Part shown: piece by piece, positions 1 to 10,275 of the stretch
Layout: each line of letters begins with the position of its first letter
Position numbering within the stretch: the first letter of the stretch is position 1
Origin: an uncultured Gemmatimonadaceae bacterium
GTDB taxonomy: Bacteria; Gemmatimonadota; Gemmatimonadetes; Gemmatimonadales; Gemmatimonadaceae
Reading direction: 5' to 3'
NCBI GenBank assembly: GCA_963716745.1
Contig: OY970320.1
Span: 1,056,001-1,120,000 of the forward strand
DNA length: 64,000 nt
Notes under the pieces: model-generated
Seen by the model: the letters and a program-made list of their open reading frames with translations, nothing else
Database searches by the model: none
What the model was told of the DNA's origin: nothing
Program-made: the position numbers and the translations under genes

Positions 1-1896
1 GCGTCAGGTGGCGCTGATGCTTCACCACGCCAATGACGTTCACGTACTCCGCCGTATCGGCGCGGAAGCGCACGAGCAGCCGCTTGCCCAGCGGATCCGC
101 GCCCGGGAACGCCTTCGCGGCCAGCAGGTCGTCGATGATCACCGACTGCGATTTCGGGATGTTCTCCGCCTCGGTGAAATCGCGCCCCGCAATGATCGGC
201 GTGTGCATCGCGGCGAAGAATCCCGGCGCCACGATGAATGAGTTCGCTTGCTTGAACGCCGCCATGTCGGTCGCCGCAGCCTCGGTGCCCCACCGCACGT
301 TCGATTCCTGCCCGTCGAGCAGCGTCGGGAACGATGACGTCAATTCCGTCACGCCCGGCACCGCGGAGAGCCGATCGTTCAACGCCCGTTGGAACGCCTG
401 CCGCTGCATCCTGGTTCATGCGCCGCGCGATCTGCAGGTTGAACGTGAGCACGCCGTGCGGATCGAACCCGGGATCGGTGTTCACGAGCGCGAGGAAGCT
501 GCGGAACATCAAGCCGCCGCCGATGAGCAGCACGAAGGCGAGCGCGACCTCCGCCATCACCGACAGCTGTTGCGGAGCCGGCGGCCGCTGCCGAGCCCCT
601 CATTGCGTCCGCTCTGGCGCAGCGTAGAAATGAGATCGGGGCGCGACGCGCGCAGCGCCGGCATCACGCCGAACAATGCCGCGGCCACCAGCGCGGCGAA
701 CATCGTGTACAGCAGCACGCCGCCATCGATCCCGACATACGCGAGATTCGGGAATGTCCTGCGGGCCGATCGCCACGAGCATGCCGATCCCCGCTTTCGC
801 GACCGCCAGTCCCAGCACCGCGCCGCCCATGGCGAGCACGAGCGCCTCGGCGAGCATCTGCCGCACGAGCCGCGAGCGGCTGCCGCCGAACGCCGCGCGC
901 ACCGCGAGCTCGCGCTCGCGCCGCGACGTGCGCACCAGGATGAGGTTCGCGACGTTCGCGCAGGCGATGAGCAGCACGAAGGCCACGGCGCCGAGCAGGG
1001 CGACGAGCGCCGGCTTCACCTCCGAGACCAGTTCGGCGTCCATCGGCACCGCGCGGAAGTAGACGCCCGCCGTCGTCTTGATCGGGAATTTCTTGCGCAG
1101 ATCGATCCCGAGCGCGTCGAGCTGCGCCTGCGCTTGTCCAAAGCGTCGCGCCGGGCTTGAGGCGCCCGATGAGACGGAAGATCACATTGATCCGCGATCC
1201 CTTCTCGAGGTCGATTCGCGCGGCCTGGAAGACGTCGTGATCGGGCGTGATCCCGTAGCGCGGCGGGAAGAGGATCTGCAGCCCGGGCGCCGCGACGCCC
1301 ACGATGTGGCCCATGTTGAAGCCCATGTCGAGCGTCTTGCCAATGACATTCGGATCGCCACCGAAGTGACTTTTCCAGAATTCGTTCGAGAGGATCACCG
1401 CGACATCCTGCGGCGGTGGCGGCGGCGCATTCGCGGCCGGCGGGGTGTTGGGCTGCGGCGGAGGCGGGATCGCGTCGTCGTCGTTGAAGTCGCGGCCGAG
1501 GGCCACCTTGGCGCCCAGCACGCGAAGGAGGTTCGGCGTCACGAATCCGAGCTTGATCTGCTCGGGCTCGCCCTGGTCGTTCTTGAGGGAGACGCGGAAA
1601 TTGTTGATGCCCGCGATGTCGCTGAATGCCGTCGCCTGCTGGCGCATGTCCCACAGGTCCGACGGCGCGATGAAGAAGTCGTACACGTTCCGGTTCCGCA
1701 TGTCGCTCGTGACGATCGCGAGGCGCGACGGATCCGCGTATGGCAGCGGGCGCAGCATCACGGCGTTCACCACGCTGAAGATCGCGGTGCTCGCGCCAAT
1801 GCCGAGCGCGAGCGTGATGAGGGCCGTGATCGCGAACCCCGGACTCTTCCTCAGGGTGCGAACACCGTAAGCGATGTCGGACAGGAACGTTTCCAT
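1..1896 (-). CDS. ABC transporter permease, ADOP/MacB-FtsX duplicated type (3' truncated by window; several frameshifts, e.g. ~1140, ~750, ~600)
   Basis: [84 protein letters not shown] continues in another frame. Confidence 0.9.
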
Positions 1897-2056
1897 GGAG
1901 CACCCCAGGGATGCGGATGGGTCCGGCGGGCGGTCCTCGGTTGGACACGCCGCGTGCGGAAAAGGTGTCCTCGACCTCGGCATCGGTGCAAGCGCGCGCT
2001 TGCGCGCCGGCCGGGACCGCTGAATGGTTACGGGGACGAACTCCCTACGGAGACCC

Positions 2057-2729
2057 ATGTCGAATCGTGTCAGCTTGGGAGCCATGCTTGGCGCGATGAT
2101 CTCGATCGCGCCGGCTCGCGTTCGGTCAGGCCGTGGTGCCTGCGCCGGTGCACGTGCAGCCGGCGAACAGCCAGACCCTTCAGCAGACCGTATCGACCGC
2201 GCAGGCGATGAGCGTGAAGCCGGCGCCCGCCAATGCGGCCGCAATGCATGCCCGCGTCATGCCGCACCTGAGCGCGCCGGCGCAGAGTTGGGTCCAGTCG
2301 GAGGCGAGGGTGATCGCCGGGCGGAATCTCAGTTCCTCGCAGATGATCGGGATGGCCCAGTCCGATGTGAAGAGCCGGTTCGCCGGCCAGGGGCTGTCCA
2401 ACATGGACATCGACCAGCTCGTGCAGCTGGTGATGTTCCAGACGGCACAGGACGCGCAGAACGATCTCAAGGACCAGCTCGCCGCGGTGCAGAAGAGCAA
2501 CCAGGAGAAGGCGGCCCAGCGAAACGCGGCGAACCTCCAGAAGCAGCAGGCCGCGGCCATCAAGGATTCGCTCAAGAACCATCAGGACCAAGCGGGTGAC
2601 GTCTCGCAGGAACAACAGATGAAGATGCAGACATACATGAACCGCATGAGCCAGGCGGAGAAAGCTATGAGCAACATGCTGCAGAGGATGTCGCAGACGA
2701 ACTCCGGCATCCTGTCGAACCTCAAGTAA
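2057..2729 (+). CDS. Secreted alpha-helical Gln/Met-rich protein with T3SS needle/filament-like C-terminus (apparent frameshift ~2115 in signal peptide)
   Basis: GGAG RBS then ATG 2057 (MSNRVSLGAMLGAMISIAP), joining the frame of ORF 2133-2729; C-terminus SQEQQMKMQTYMNRMSQAEKAMSNMLQRMSQTNSGILSNLK. Confidence 0.7.
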
Positions 2730-2755
2730 CGTTCGTCATCCCCTCGGAGAATCCC

Positions 2756-3658
2756 ATGATCCCCTTCCGCGCGATCTTCGTCGCAGCGCTGTATCTCCTT
2801 AAGACGGGTTCGTTCCTGCAGTTGCCAGGCATTACGGGTGAGAGTACGGATATGAAGCACAAAGACTGGATCGCGCTCGAATCGGTGAGCTTCGGCGTCA
2901 CCAATGCCGCGGCGTCGGGCAGCGGGGCGAGCACGAGGTCGAGCAGTAGCAGGACGTCGTCGAGAGACATCCAGATCACCAAGCTCAACGATAGGTCATC
3001 GGCGGAGCTCATGCAGGCCGCCGCGAACGGCAAGCATTTCGCCACTGCGGAGATCGATGTTGGCACGACCCGCTATCTGCTGAAGGAGGTGATCGTCGCG
3101 TCGGTGCAGCAGACGGGGCATGGCTCGGGCGGGGGTGAGCCGACGGAGCACCTGACGCTGGTCTACGAGAGCATTCAGATCATCTATCCGCCGAAGCCAG
3201 GCACGACGGCCGCGGCCGGGGCCGCTGCCGCACCGCGCCCGACGACCATGGCGGCACCACCGATGGCCGCGCCGCCCGCTGCGCCGCCCACTGCGCCGAC
3301 CCGGGCGATGGCTGCCGCTCCGGCCACTATGTCGGCACCGGCCGCGACGAGCCCCGTCGCGCTCGAACAGCAACTCACGCAGTCACTCAGTGGAGCGGGC
3401 CGGACGTGGGTCGCGACGGAAGGCCGCGCATTGTCGCAGAATAACGGGAGCGCGGATCAACTGGTGGCCGCCGCGCGCCAGAGCGCGCAATCGCGGTTCG
3501 GCGCTCAGCCCGCCAACGTCACGAACGCGCTCGCGTTTCTCGCGCTCATGGACGCCACCAAGGCGGATCACAATCTCGCGCAATTGCAGCCCGCGATCCG
3601 CGAAGTGATGGGCGCGACGAACGCGAGCGCGGCGGGAGGGCTCGCGAACTTACACTAG
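2756..3658 (+). CDS. hcp: Hcp (T6SS tube)-domain protein with hydrophobic N-terminus, Pro/Ala linker and extra C-terminal helical domain
   Basis: FLQLPGITGESTDMKHKDWIALESVSFG...DIQITKLNDRSSAELMQAAANGKH...YLLKEVIVASV...PTEHLTLVYESI matches the Hcp1 pattern; GGAG RBS at 2746. Confidence 0.85.
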   Translation: MIPFRAIFVAALYLLKTGSFLQLPGITGESTDMKHKDWIALESVSFGVTNAAASGSGASTRSSSSRTSSRDIQITKLNDRSSAELMQAAANGKHFATAEIDVGTTRYLLKEVIVASVQQTGHGSGGGEPTEHLTLVYESIQIIYPPKPGTTAAAGAAAAPRPTTMAAPPMAAPPAAPPTAPTRAMAAAPATMSAPAATSPVALEQQLTQSLSGAGRTWVATEGRALSQNNGSADQLVAAARQSAQSRFGAQPANVTNALAFLALMDATKADHNLAQLQPAIREVMGATNASAAGGLANLH

Positions 3659-3659
3659 C

Positions 3660-4049
3660 TCACTTCTTCTCCGTCACCGGCTCGGGGAAGACTTTAGCCC
3701 AGTCGGCCGCGCTCAGCACGTTCCGGAGATCGAAGATCCGGTCGGTGAGGTGACTCGCGTTCGCCGAATCGGCGGCGATGAACGGCTTCACGTCGGCCAC
3801 GAGCTGCCCGTCCGTCGTGGCGCGGTCGGCGAGGGCGGTCTTGAGCGACGCGATCAGCTTCGAGCGCTCCTTCTGGAACGCTTCATTCTCAACCTTCGCC
3901 GAATCCACGATGGCCAGCGCCTGTTTTTTCGTGGGCTCCGCCGTGATGCTCTTGTCGATGCCCTTGCTCGCGGCTTCGATGTGCTGCTGGATGAGCGCCG
4001 AGGCGCCACCATGCAGCAAGAAGTAGGCGATGATCAGCGAGGTCAGCAT
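3660..4049 (-). CDS. Hypothetical helical exported/membrane-anchored protein
   Basis: N-terminal hydrophobic segment; ends LRNVLSAADWAKVF; similar to the upstream gene. Confidence 0.7.
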   Translation of the reverse strand: MLTSLIIAYFLLHGGASALIQQHIEAASKGIDKSITAEPTKKQALAIVDSAKVENEAFQKERSKLIASLKTALADRATTDGQLVADVKPFIAADSANASHLTDRIFDLRNVLSAADWAKVFPEPVTEKK

Positions 4050-4064
4050 GGGATACGCTCCGTT

Positions 4065-4517
4065 TCAGTATTCGAGCGCCTGGACTTCGGCTTCGGAGAG
4101 CTTCAAACGCGCATTCTTGAGCTGCTGCCACTCCGCATTGGTGGCCATCGCCGCCATGCGCGATCGCAGCGCCGCGAGTTCGGGGACCACCGTTGCGCGC
4201 TCGGCAGCCGACGCGCTGAACACCGAATCGAATTGCGCGCGCGTGGAGCCGTAGTCGCGCGTCAACACGCCGATGCGCGCACTGGCCGCGGAGTCCCGCG
4301 ACGCGACGCCCGCGATGATACGCTGGAATTCGTTCGTCATCGCGACGAGTGAGTCGGCGCGAGCGGAGTCTGTCACGATCTTCCGGATCTCGCTTTGGAA
4401 CTGCGTCATATCGTGCTGCGCGGTCTGGCTCGGGCTCAGCTCCGGCTTCTTCGAGCACGCGGATAGCGAGAGCATGCAGGCGAGCGCCGCTGGAGCACAT
4501 TGGATGAGCGTTCTCAT
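4065..4517 (-). CDS. Helical lipoprotein
   Basis: MRTLIQCAPAALACMLSLSAC lipobox; ends MAAMATNAEWQQL. Confidence 0.75.
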   Translation of the reverse strand: MRTLIQCAPAALACMLSLSACSKKPELSPSQTAQHDMTQFQSEIRKIVTDSARADSLVAMTNEFQRIIAGVASRDSAASARIGVLTRDYGSTRAQFDSVFSASAAERATVVPELAALRSRMAAMATNAEWQQLKNARLKLSEAEVQALEY

Positions 4518-4628
4518 TGTCCCGTCCCTTGACAGGTCCCTTCCGCCGAGCACGCGAACGTGGAGAGGATCGCATCAGCAGTGTACGGCCGCAATACGAC
4601 CTTGTACGTATGGTTAGATTTCGGCTAC

Positions 4629-6572
4629 ATGACATTGGTCTCCATCTCCGGCGTCCGCGTCGATTTCGGCGCCACGACGATCGTTCAGGACATCACGTTC
4701 ACCGTCGCGCGCGGCGAGCGTTGGGGCATCGTGGGCCGCAACGGCGCCGGGAAGACCACGCTCTTCCGCGTGATCACCGGCGATGTGGTGCCCGTGGACG
4801 GATCGGTCGCGCGCCTGCCCGGACTCCGCGTGGCGCTGCTCGATCAGCAGCGGGACTTCGGCGGTGCGGTGACGGTGTGGGAAGCCGCGGCCTACGGGTA
4901 CCGCGAAGTGATCGCGCTCGAGAAGTCGCTCGCCGAGCACGGCGAGGAATTGGCGCGACTCGGCGACAGAGTCTCGCAGGCGGACATCGAGCGGTACGGT
5001 CACGAGCAGGAACGCTTCGCGCACGCCGGCGGCTACGATTACCACGCGAAAGTCGACGCAGTGCTGCAAGGACTCGGCTTCGATCCGGGCGAGGCGCACG
5101 GCCGCGCGCTCGCGAGCCTGAGCGGCGGCGAGCGCGGCCGGCTCGGCCTCGCCGCGCAGCTCGCGTCGCCCGCCGACCTCGTGCTGTTGGACGAGCCCAC
5201 GAACCACCTCGATCTCGACACCACGCGCTGGCTCGCCGAGTTCCTCGAGTCGTACGACGGCACCGTGATGATGATCTCGCACGATCGCGCGTTCCTGGAC
5301 GACACGGTGGATCACGTGCTGCACGTGAACGCGAAGACGGCCATCGCGTACCGCGGCGGCTACTCGTCGTTCGTGACGCAGCGCGCGGAGCGCCAGCTCG
5401 CGCAGGAGCGCCAGGTGGCGCAGCAGCGGAAGTTCATCGAGAAGGAGGAGGACTACATCCGCCGCAACATCGCGGGGCAGAACACCGCGCAGGCGAAGGG
5501 GCGGCGCACGCGCCTCGCGCGATTGCCGCGATTGTCGCCGCCGCCGGGCGAAGGGAGCGTGCTGAGCTGGCGGCTGGAGATCGCGGAGCGCGGCGGCGAC
5601 CAGGTGCTCGTGGCCGACAAACTCACCGTGGGCGTGGCGGGGCGCGTGCTGGTGCGCGATTTCTCCGCGTCGGCGCGCCGCGGCGATGTGATCGCGTTGG
5701 TCGGCCCCAACGGTGCCGGAAAGAGCACGCTGATCGCGACACTCTTGGGCGAGCGGCAGCCGATCGCGGGCGAGGCGCGCGTCGGCGGATCCGTCGGGGT
5801 CGAGTGGTTCCGGCAGGACCTCGAGCAACTTCCCAAGGACCGCACGCTCTACGATTGCATCGAGGACCTGCGCCCGCAGTGGACGCGCGGCCGCATCCAG
5901 AATCACCTCGGCAACTTCGGATTCTCGGGCGATGAAGTGCGCTGGAGCACCGCCACGCTGAGCGGCGGCGAGCGCGCGCGGCTTGCGCTCGCGATGCTCA
6001 CGCTCGGCCACGCGAACCTGCTGGTGCTCGACGAACCGACGAACCACCTGGACGTCGAGACGATCGAGGGTCTCGAGGACGCGGTGGAGGAGTACGAGGG
6101 AAGCGTGATCCTCGTGAGCCACGACCGCGCGTTCCTGCGCGAACTCGCCACGCGCGTGTGGGCGTTCCACGGCGACACGATCGAGGATTTCGCGGGCCCA
6201 TTCGTGGAATGGGAAGCGCACGCCGCGAATCGCACGGCGCGCCAGGAGAAGGCCGACGCCGAGCGCGCAGCGGCGCAGCGCGAGCAGACGCGCACGGCCG
6301 CGAAGAAGGCCGCCGCGAAGAAGGAGAGCGCGCCGAGCGACAAGAGCACGCGGAAGGCGGCCGAGGCCGGCGAACGCGAAGCGCAGCGGCTCGAAGCGCG
6401 CGTGGCAGAGTTGCAGCGCGCGCTCGAGGATCCGGCGCTCTACGGCTCCGGCGCCGACGGCGCGCGCCGCGCGGGCAAGCTCAAGGCCGAGCTCGCGGCC
6501 GCGACGCGCGAGCGCGATGCGGCGCTCGAGCGTTGGACGCTCGCGGTCGAGGCGCTCGAGAGCGGAGCGTAA
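4629..6572 (+). CDS. ABC-F family ATPase (Uup-like)
   Basis: Two NBDs: GRNGAGKTT/LSGGE/LLDEPTNHLD and GPNGAGKST/LSGGE/LVLDEPTNHLD; no TM segments; C-terminal coiled coil. Confidence 0.95.
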   Translation: MTLVSISGVRVDFGATTIVQDITFTVARGERWGIVGRNGAGKTTLFRVITGDVVPVDGSVARLPGLRVALLDQQRDFGGAVTVWEAAAYGYREVIALEKSLAEHGEELARLGDRVSQADIERYGHEQERFAHAGGYDYHAKVDAVLQGLGFDPGEAHGRALASLSGGERGRLGLAAQLASPADLVLLDEPTNHLDLDTTRWLAEFLESYDGTVMMISHDRAFLDDTVDHVLHVNAKTAIAYRGGYSSFVTQRAERQLAQERQVAQQRKFIEKEEDYIRRNIAGQNTAQAKGRRTRLARLPRLSPPPGEGSVLSWRLEIAERGGDQVLVADKLTVGVAGRVLVRDFSASARRGDVIALVGPNGAGKSTLIATLLGERQPIAGEARVGGSVGVEWFRQDLEQLPKDRTLYDCIEDLRPQWTRGRIQNHLGNFGFSGDEVRWSTATLSGGERARLALAMLTLGHANLLVLDEPTNHLDVETIEGLEDAVEEYEGSVILVSHDRAFLRELATRVWAFHGDTIEDFAGPFVEWEAHAANRTARQEKADAERAAAQREQTRTAAKKAAAKKESAPSDKSTRKAAEAGEREAQRLEARVAELQRALEDPALYGSGADGARRAGKLKAELAAATRERDAALERWTLAVEALESGA

Positions 6573-6576
6573 GTTT

Positions 6577-6943
6577 TCATCGCGCCTTCGGTCGCGGCGC
6601 CATCCCGGCGCCGGCGCCCTCGCGCTTACACGCTTCGAGCCTCGCGCAAAGGGCGCGCGAGTCTCTCGCTACGCGCGGGGGCGCCTCTGCCGGGACGGCA
6701 CCGCTCCCTGACATCGATCTCGTGGCGAGCGCCCTTGAGCGCGCGGGAAGTCCCTCGTGCCAACGCGGAGCACCGCGCGAGCGCGCGCTGCCGTTCTCGA
6801 TCCGAAGGCGCGCGGCGCGCCCCGGAGGGCGGCGCGTGCGCGTAGCGAGAGACTCGCGGCGCAGTTCAGCCGCGAGTCTCGAAGCGTGTAAGCGCGAGCG
6901 CCGACCCGGAGCGGGTGCGTCGCGCGCCGCCTTCGCGCGATGA
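6577..6943. repeat. Repeat family A: ~145-bp unit (6577-6719) plus partial inverted copy (~6838-6943)
   Basis: Core cgcgcttacacgcttcgagcctcgcg..cgcgagtctctcgctacgcgc is near-identical to 10276-10428 and to the reverse complement of 10573-10726. Confidence 0.9.
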
Positions 6944-6956
6944 ACGTCCGCGCGCG

Positions 6957-9900
6957 CTACGGCGCGAGGTCCGCGGTGGCCGACACGATCGCGGGTTGTT
7001 TCAGTCGCGCGAGCTCATCGTTCACGGACTTGAGATCCGCGCCGAGTGCCTGATTCAGGGCCGCGAGCTGTTTCTGCAGCTGCGCGTTCAGGTCCTTGAA
7101 CACTTCGTACGACTGCGCCGTCGGCTTGCCGTCGGCGCTCGACACGGTGTTGTACAGCGAACCGAGTTCGTCGTTCAGCTTGATCGGGTAGTTCAGCATG
7201 TCCTGCCCAGCCCGGTTCTGCACCGAGTACAGTTCCGATTCCACCGCATTCAGTTTCGCGGTGAGCGTCGCGGCGCGCTGTTTGAGCGCATTGTCGTTCG
7301 TTCTCGCGATCGCGGCCGCCATTTGCGCTTTCACGTTGCGGCTCGTGCGCACGCCGTTGTTCGCGGCGCTCACGGCGTCGCGGATCTGGATCTGCAGCTT
7401 GAACTGTTCCTCGAGGTCCGCCTGGCTCGCCTTCGAGCGCGGATCGTTCTTCACGACGAACGTCTGCGATTCCGCCGTACCGCCATCCACGGTGAGTTTC
7501 ACCGTGTACGTGCCCGGCACTGCGACCGGTCCCTGCAGGAATCCCGTCCAGAGTACCATGCGGCTGAACCACGCGGCATCGGGATACTGGAGATCCCACA
7601 CGAAGCGGTTCATCCCCTTCTTGTTCGGCGCGCGCTCGGGCGGGAATGGATGCGCCGGTGCTTCTTCCGCCTCCGGCTGCACGTGGCGAATGACATTCGT
7701 ATCCACGGCCGCCGCGAGCACGCCGAGGTTCCGGAGACTGTCGAGCTTGCCGCGGTACCGCGTGCTGTCGGTGAACGCGAAAGTGTCGGCCGCGCTCGTG
7801 AACGTCTTGATGAGCGTGCCCTTCGCGTCAAAGAATTCGAGCGTCACCTTTTGGTCGGCGCTCTTCACCCAGTAATCGATGATCGCGCCGAACGGCGGAT
7901 TCTGGCCGCCCGGAATGCCGAGCTCCGGACCCGAACCGCCGAAATCCGCGCGAATGACCACGGCCGGCGCGAAGAGATGCGACGCGCCCGCGATCGCGTC
8001 GGGCGCGAGTGCGCGCAGCGTCGCGACGTCGTCCATGATCCAGAACGACCGGCCGTGCGTGGCGGCGACGAGGTCGTTGTCCTTCACCACGAGGTCGTGC
8101 ACCGGCACCGGCGGCAAGTTCCGCTGGAGGCGCTGCCAGTGGCCGCCGTCATCGAACGAGATCCACACGCCGCGCTCGGTGCCGGCGTACAGCATCCCCT
8201 TCCGCACGGGATCCTCGCGCACGACGCGCACGAACTCGTCCGTCGTGATCCCCGCGTCGATGCGCTTCCAACTCTTGCCGTAGTCGGTGGTCATGAAGAT
8301 GTACGGCCGCATATCGTCCAGCTGATACCGGTTCGCGGCCACATACGCGGTGCCTGCATCGTGCGGCGACGGCTCGATCATCGACACCCGCGTGAAATCG
8401 CCGAGATCCTTCGGCGTCACGTTGGTCCATTTGCCGCCGTTGTCGCGTGTGATCTGGATGAATCCATCATCGGACCCGGTCCAGATGGTCCCCTTCTCCT
8501 TCGGCGACTCGGCGATGGTGAAGATCGTCCCGTATGTCTCGACGCCGGTCTGGTCTTTCGTGATCGGGCCGCCGGATGGACCGAGCGTCGCCGGATCGTG
8601 CCGCGTGAGATCGGGGCTGATCGCCTTCCACGACATCCCCTGATCGGTAGAGCGGAAGAGCACGTTCGCGCCGACATACAGCACGTTCGGATCGTGCGGC
8701 GAGATCGCGATGGGCGTCGTCCACTGCATGCGATACTGGATGTCCGACGACGGATGGCCGAGCGGGTTCACCGGCCAGGGCGAAACATCCTTCTCGAAGC
8801 CGGTAAGCAGGTCGACGCGGCTGATGAATCCGCCGTAGCAGCCGGCGAAGACGATGTTCGGCTGGTCGGGGCGCGACACCACGTAGCCGCTCTCGCAGCC
8901 ACCGCCGTTCTTCCAATCGCCGTAGTGGATCCCGCCCGCGTTCGCGCTCGGCCCGCACAGGCTGGTGTTGTCCTGCTGCGCGCCGCACACCCAGTACGGG
9001 AAATCCGTGGTGGTGGACACATGATAGAACTGCGCGGTGGCGAAGCTCTGCGCCGTCCAGCTCTGGCCCGCGTTGATGCTGACGTTGGCGCCGCCATCGT
9101 TTGAATTGATCATGCGCTGCGGATTGTCACTCGCGATCCACAGGTCGTGATTGTCGCCGTGCGGATCGCGCACGCGGCTGAACGTCCGGCCGCCGTCGCG
9201 CGAGCGCCAGATCGAGGTGTTGAGCACGTACACCGTGAGCGAGTCCTTCGGATCGGCAAAGATGCGCGAGTAATACCACGCGCGCTGGCGCAGCTTGCGC
9301 TCCCAGTTCATGCGCGTCCACGTCGCGCCCGCGTCATCGGAGCGGTACACGCCGCCCGAGTCGTTTTCAATGATGGCCCACACGCGCGCGGGCATCGCCG
9401 GGGAGATCGTGATACCGATGTTGCCGATCACGCCTTTGGGCATGCCGGGATTGCGCGTGATCTCCTTCCAGTTGTCGCCGCCATCGGTGGTCTTGAAGAT
9501 GCCGCTGCCCGCGCCGCCACTCGAGAGCAGCCACGGCTTGCGCCCCGCCTGCCAGAAGGCCGCGTAGAGCACTTTGGGATCGGCGGGATCCATCGCGAGG
9601 TCGGTGACGCCGGTGGAATCGTTGCGGAAGAGGATCTTCTTCCACGTCTTTCCGCCATCGCTCGTGCGATACACGCCGCGCTCGGGGTTCGGCCCATAGG
9701 TGTGGCCCTGCGCGCCGACGTACACCACATCGGGATCCTTCGGGTGGATGCGCACGCGCGAGATCTGGCGCGTCTCGGCGAGACCGAGATAGGTCCACGT
9801 GCGGCCACCGTCGCTCGAGCGGTACATGCCGTCGCCGTGCGACACGTTCCCGCGGATCGGGTACTCGCCCGTGCCGACGTAGACGACGTCCGGATTCGTT

Positions 9901-10202
9901 TCGCTCACCGCCACCGCACCGATCGTGCCGCCGAAGTAGGCGTCGCTCGTGGGACGCCAGGTGAGTCCGCCATCGCTGGTCTTGAACAGGCCGCCGCCGG
10001 TGGTGCCCATGTAGTACTCGTTGGGCCGGGCGACGGAGCCCGTGACCGCGACGGACCGTCCGCCGCGATACGGCCCGATCTCGCGCCAGGAGAGCGCATT
10101 GAAGGCAGACGTGTCGATGGCCGCCGGCGACTGTGCGGCGAGCGGCGCGACCATGAGCGACAGCGCGACGGTGAACGACGCGCGGCGAAGGATGCTGGAC
10201 AT
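6957..10202 (-). CDS. Secreted VPS10/sortilin-like BNR-repeat glycosyl hydrolase-like protein
   Basis: Signal peptide; WREIGPYRGGRS; repeated SxDGGxTW Asp-boxes; GGLQDN-like CGAQQDN; C-terminal coiled coil. Confidence 0.9.
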   Translation of the reverse strand: MSSILRRASFTVALSLMVAPLAAQSPAAIDTSAFNALSWREIGPYRGGRSVAVTGSVARPNEYYMGTTGGGLFKTSDGGLTWRPTSDAYFGGTIGAVAVSETNPDVVYVGTGEYPIRGNVSHGDGMYRSSDGGRTWTYLGLAETRQISRVRIHPKDPDVVYVGAQGHTYGPNPERGVYRTSDGGKTWKKILFRNDSTGVTDLAMDPADPKVLYAAFWQAGRKPWLLSSGGAGSGIFKTTDGGDNWKEITRNPGMPKGVIGNIGITISPAMPARVWAIIENDSGGVYRSDDAGATWTRMNWERKLRQRAWYYSRIFADPKDSLTVYVLNTSIWRSRDGGRTFSRVRDPHGDNHDLWIASDNPQRMINSNDGGANVSINAGQSWTAQSFATAQFYHVSTTTDFPYWVCGAQQDNTSLCGPSANAGGIHYGDWKNGGGCESGYVVSRPDQPNIVFAGCYGGFISRVDLLTGFEKDVSPWPVNPLGHPSSDIQYRMQWTTPIAISPHDPNVLYVGANVLFRSTDQGMSWKAISPDLTRHDPATLGPSGGPITKDQTGVETYGTIFTIAESPKEKGTIWTGSDDGFIQITRDNGGKWTNVTPKDLGDFTRVSMIEPSPHDAGTAYVAANRYQLDDMRPYIFMTTDYGKSWKRIDAGITTDEFVRVVREDPVRKGMLYAGTERGVWISFDDGGHWQRLQRNLPPVPVHDLVVKDNDLVAATHGRSFWIMDDVATLRALAPDAIAGASHLFAPAVVIRADFGGSGPELGIPGGQNPPFGAIIDYWVKSADQKVTLEFFDAKGTLIKTFTSAADTFAFTDSTRYRGKLDSLRNLGVLAAAVDTNVIRHVQPEAEEAPAHPFPPERAPNKKGMNRFVWDLQYPDAAWFSRMVLWTGFLQGPVAVPGTYTVKLTVDGGTAESQTFVVKNDPRSKASQADLEEQFKLQIQIRDAVSAANNGVRTSRNVKAQMAAAIARTNDNALKQRAATLTAKLNAVESELYSVQNRAGQDMLNYPIKLNDELGSLYNTVSSADGKPTAQSYEVFKDLNAQLQKQLAALNQALGADLKSVNDELARLKQPAIVSATADLAP

Positions 10203-10275
10203 AGGATGCTCGAGGAAATGGGGAATGTGCGCTGCGTAGAACTTCAGCGAATGCGCCGCCGGTCGCGAGCGTCGC

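Noticed and set aside
2756..3658. A T6SS gene cluster
   Set aside because: Only an Hcp domain is present; there are no sheath, VgrG, PAAR, baseplate or membrane-complex genes in the window.
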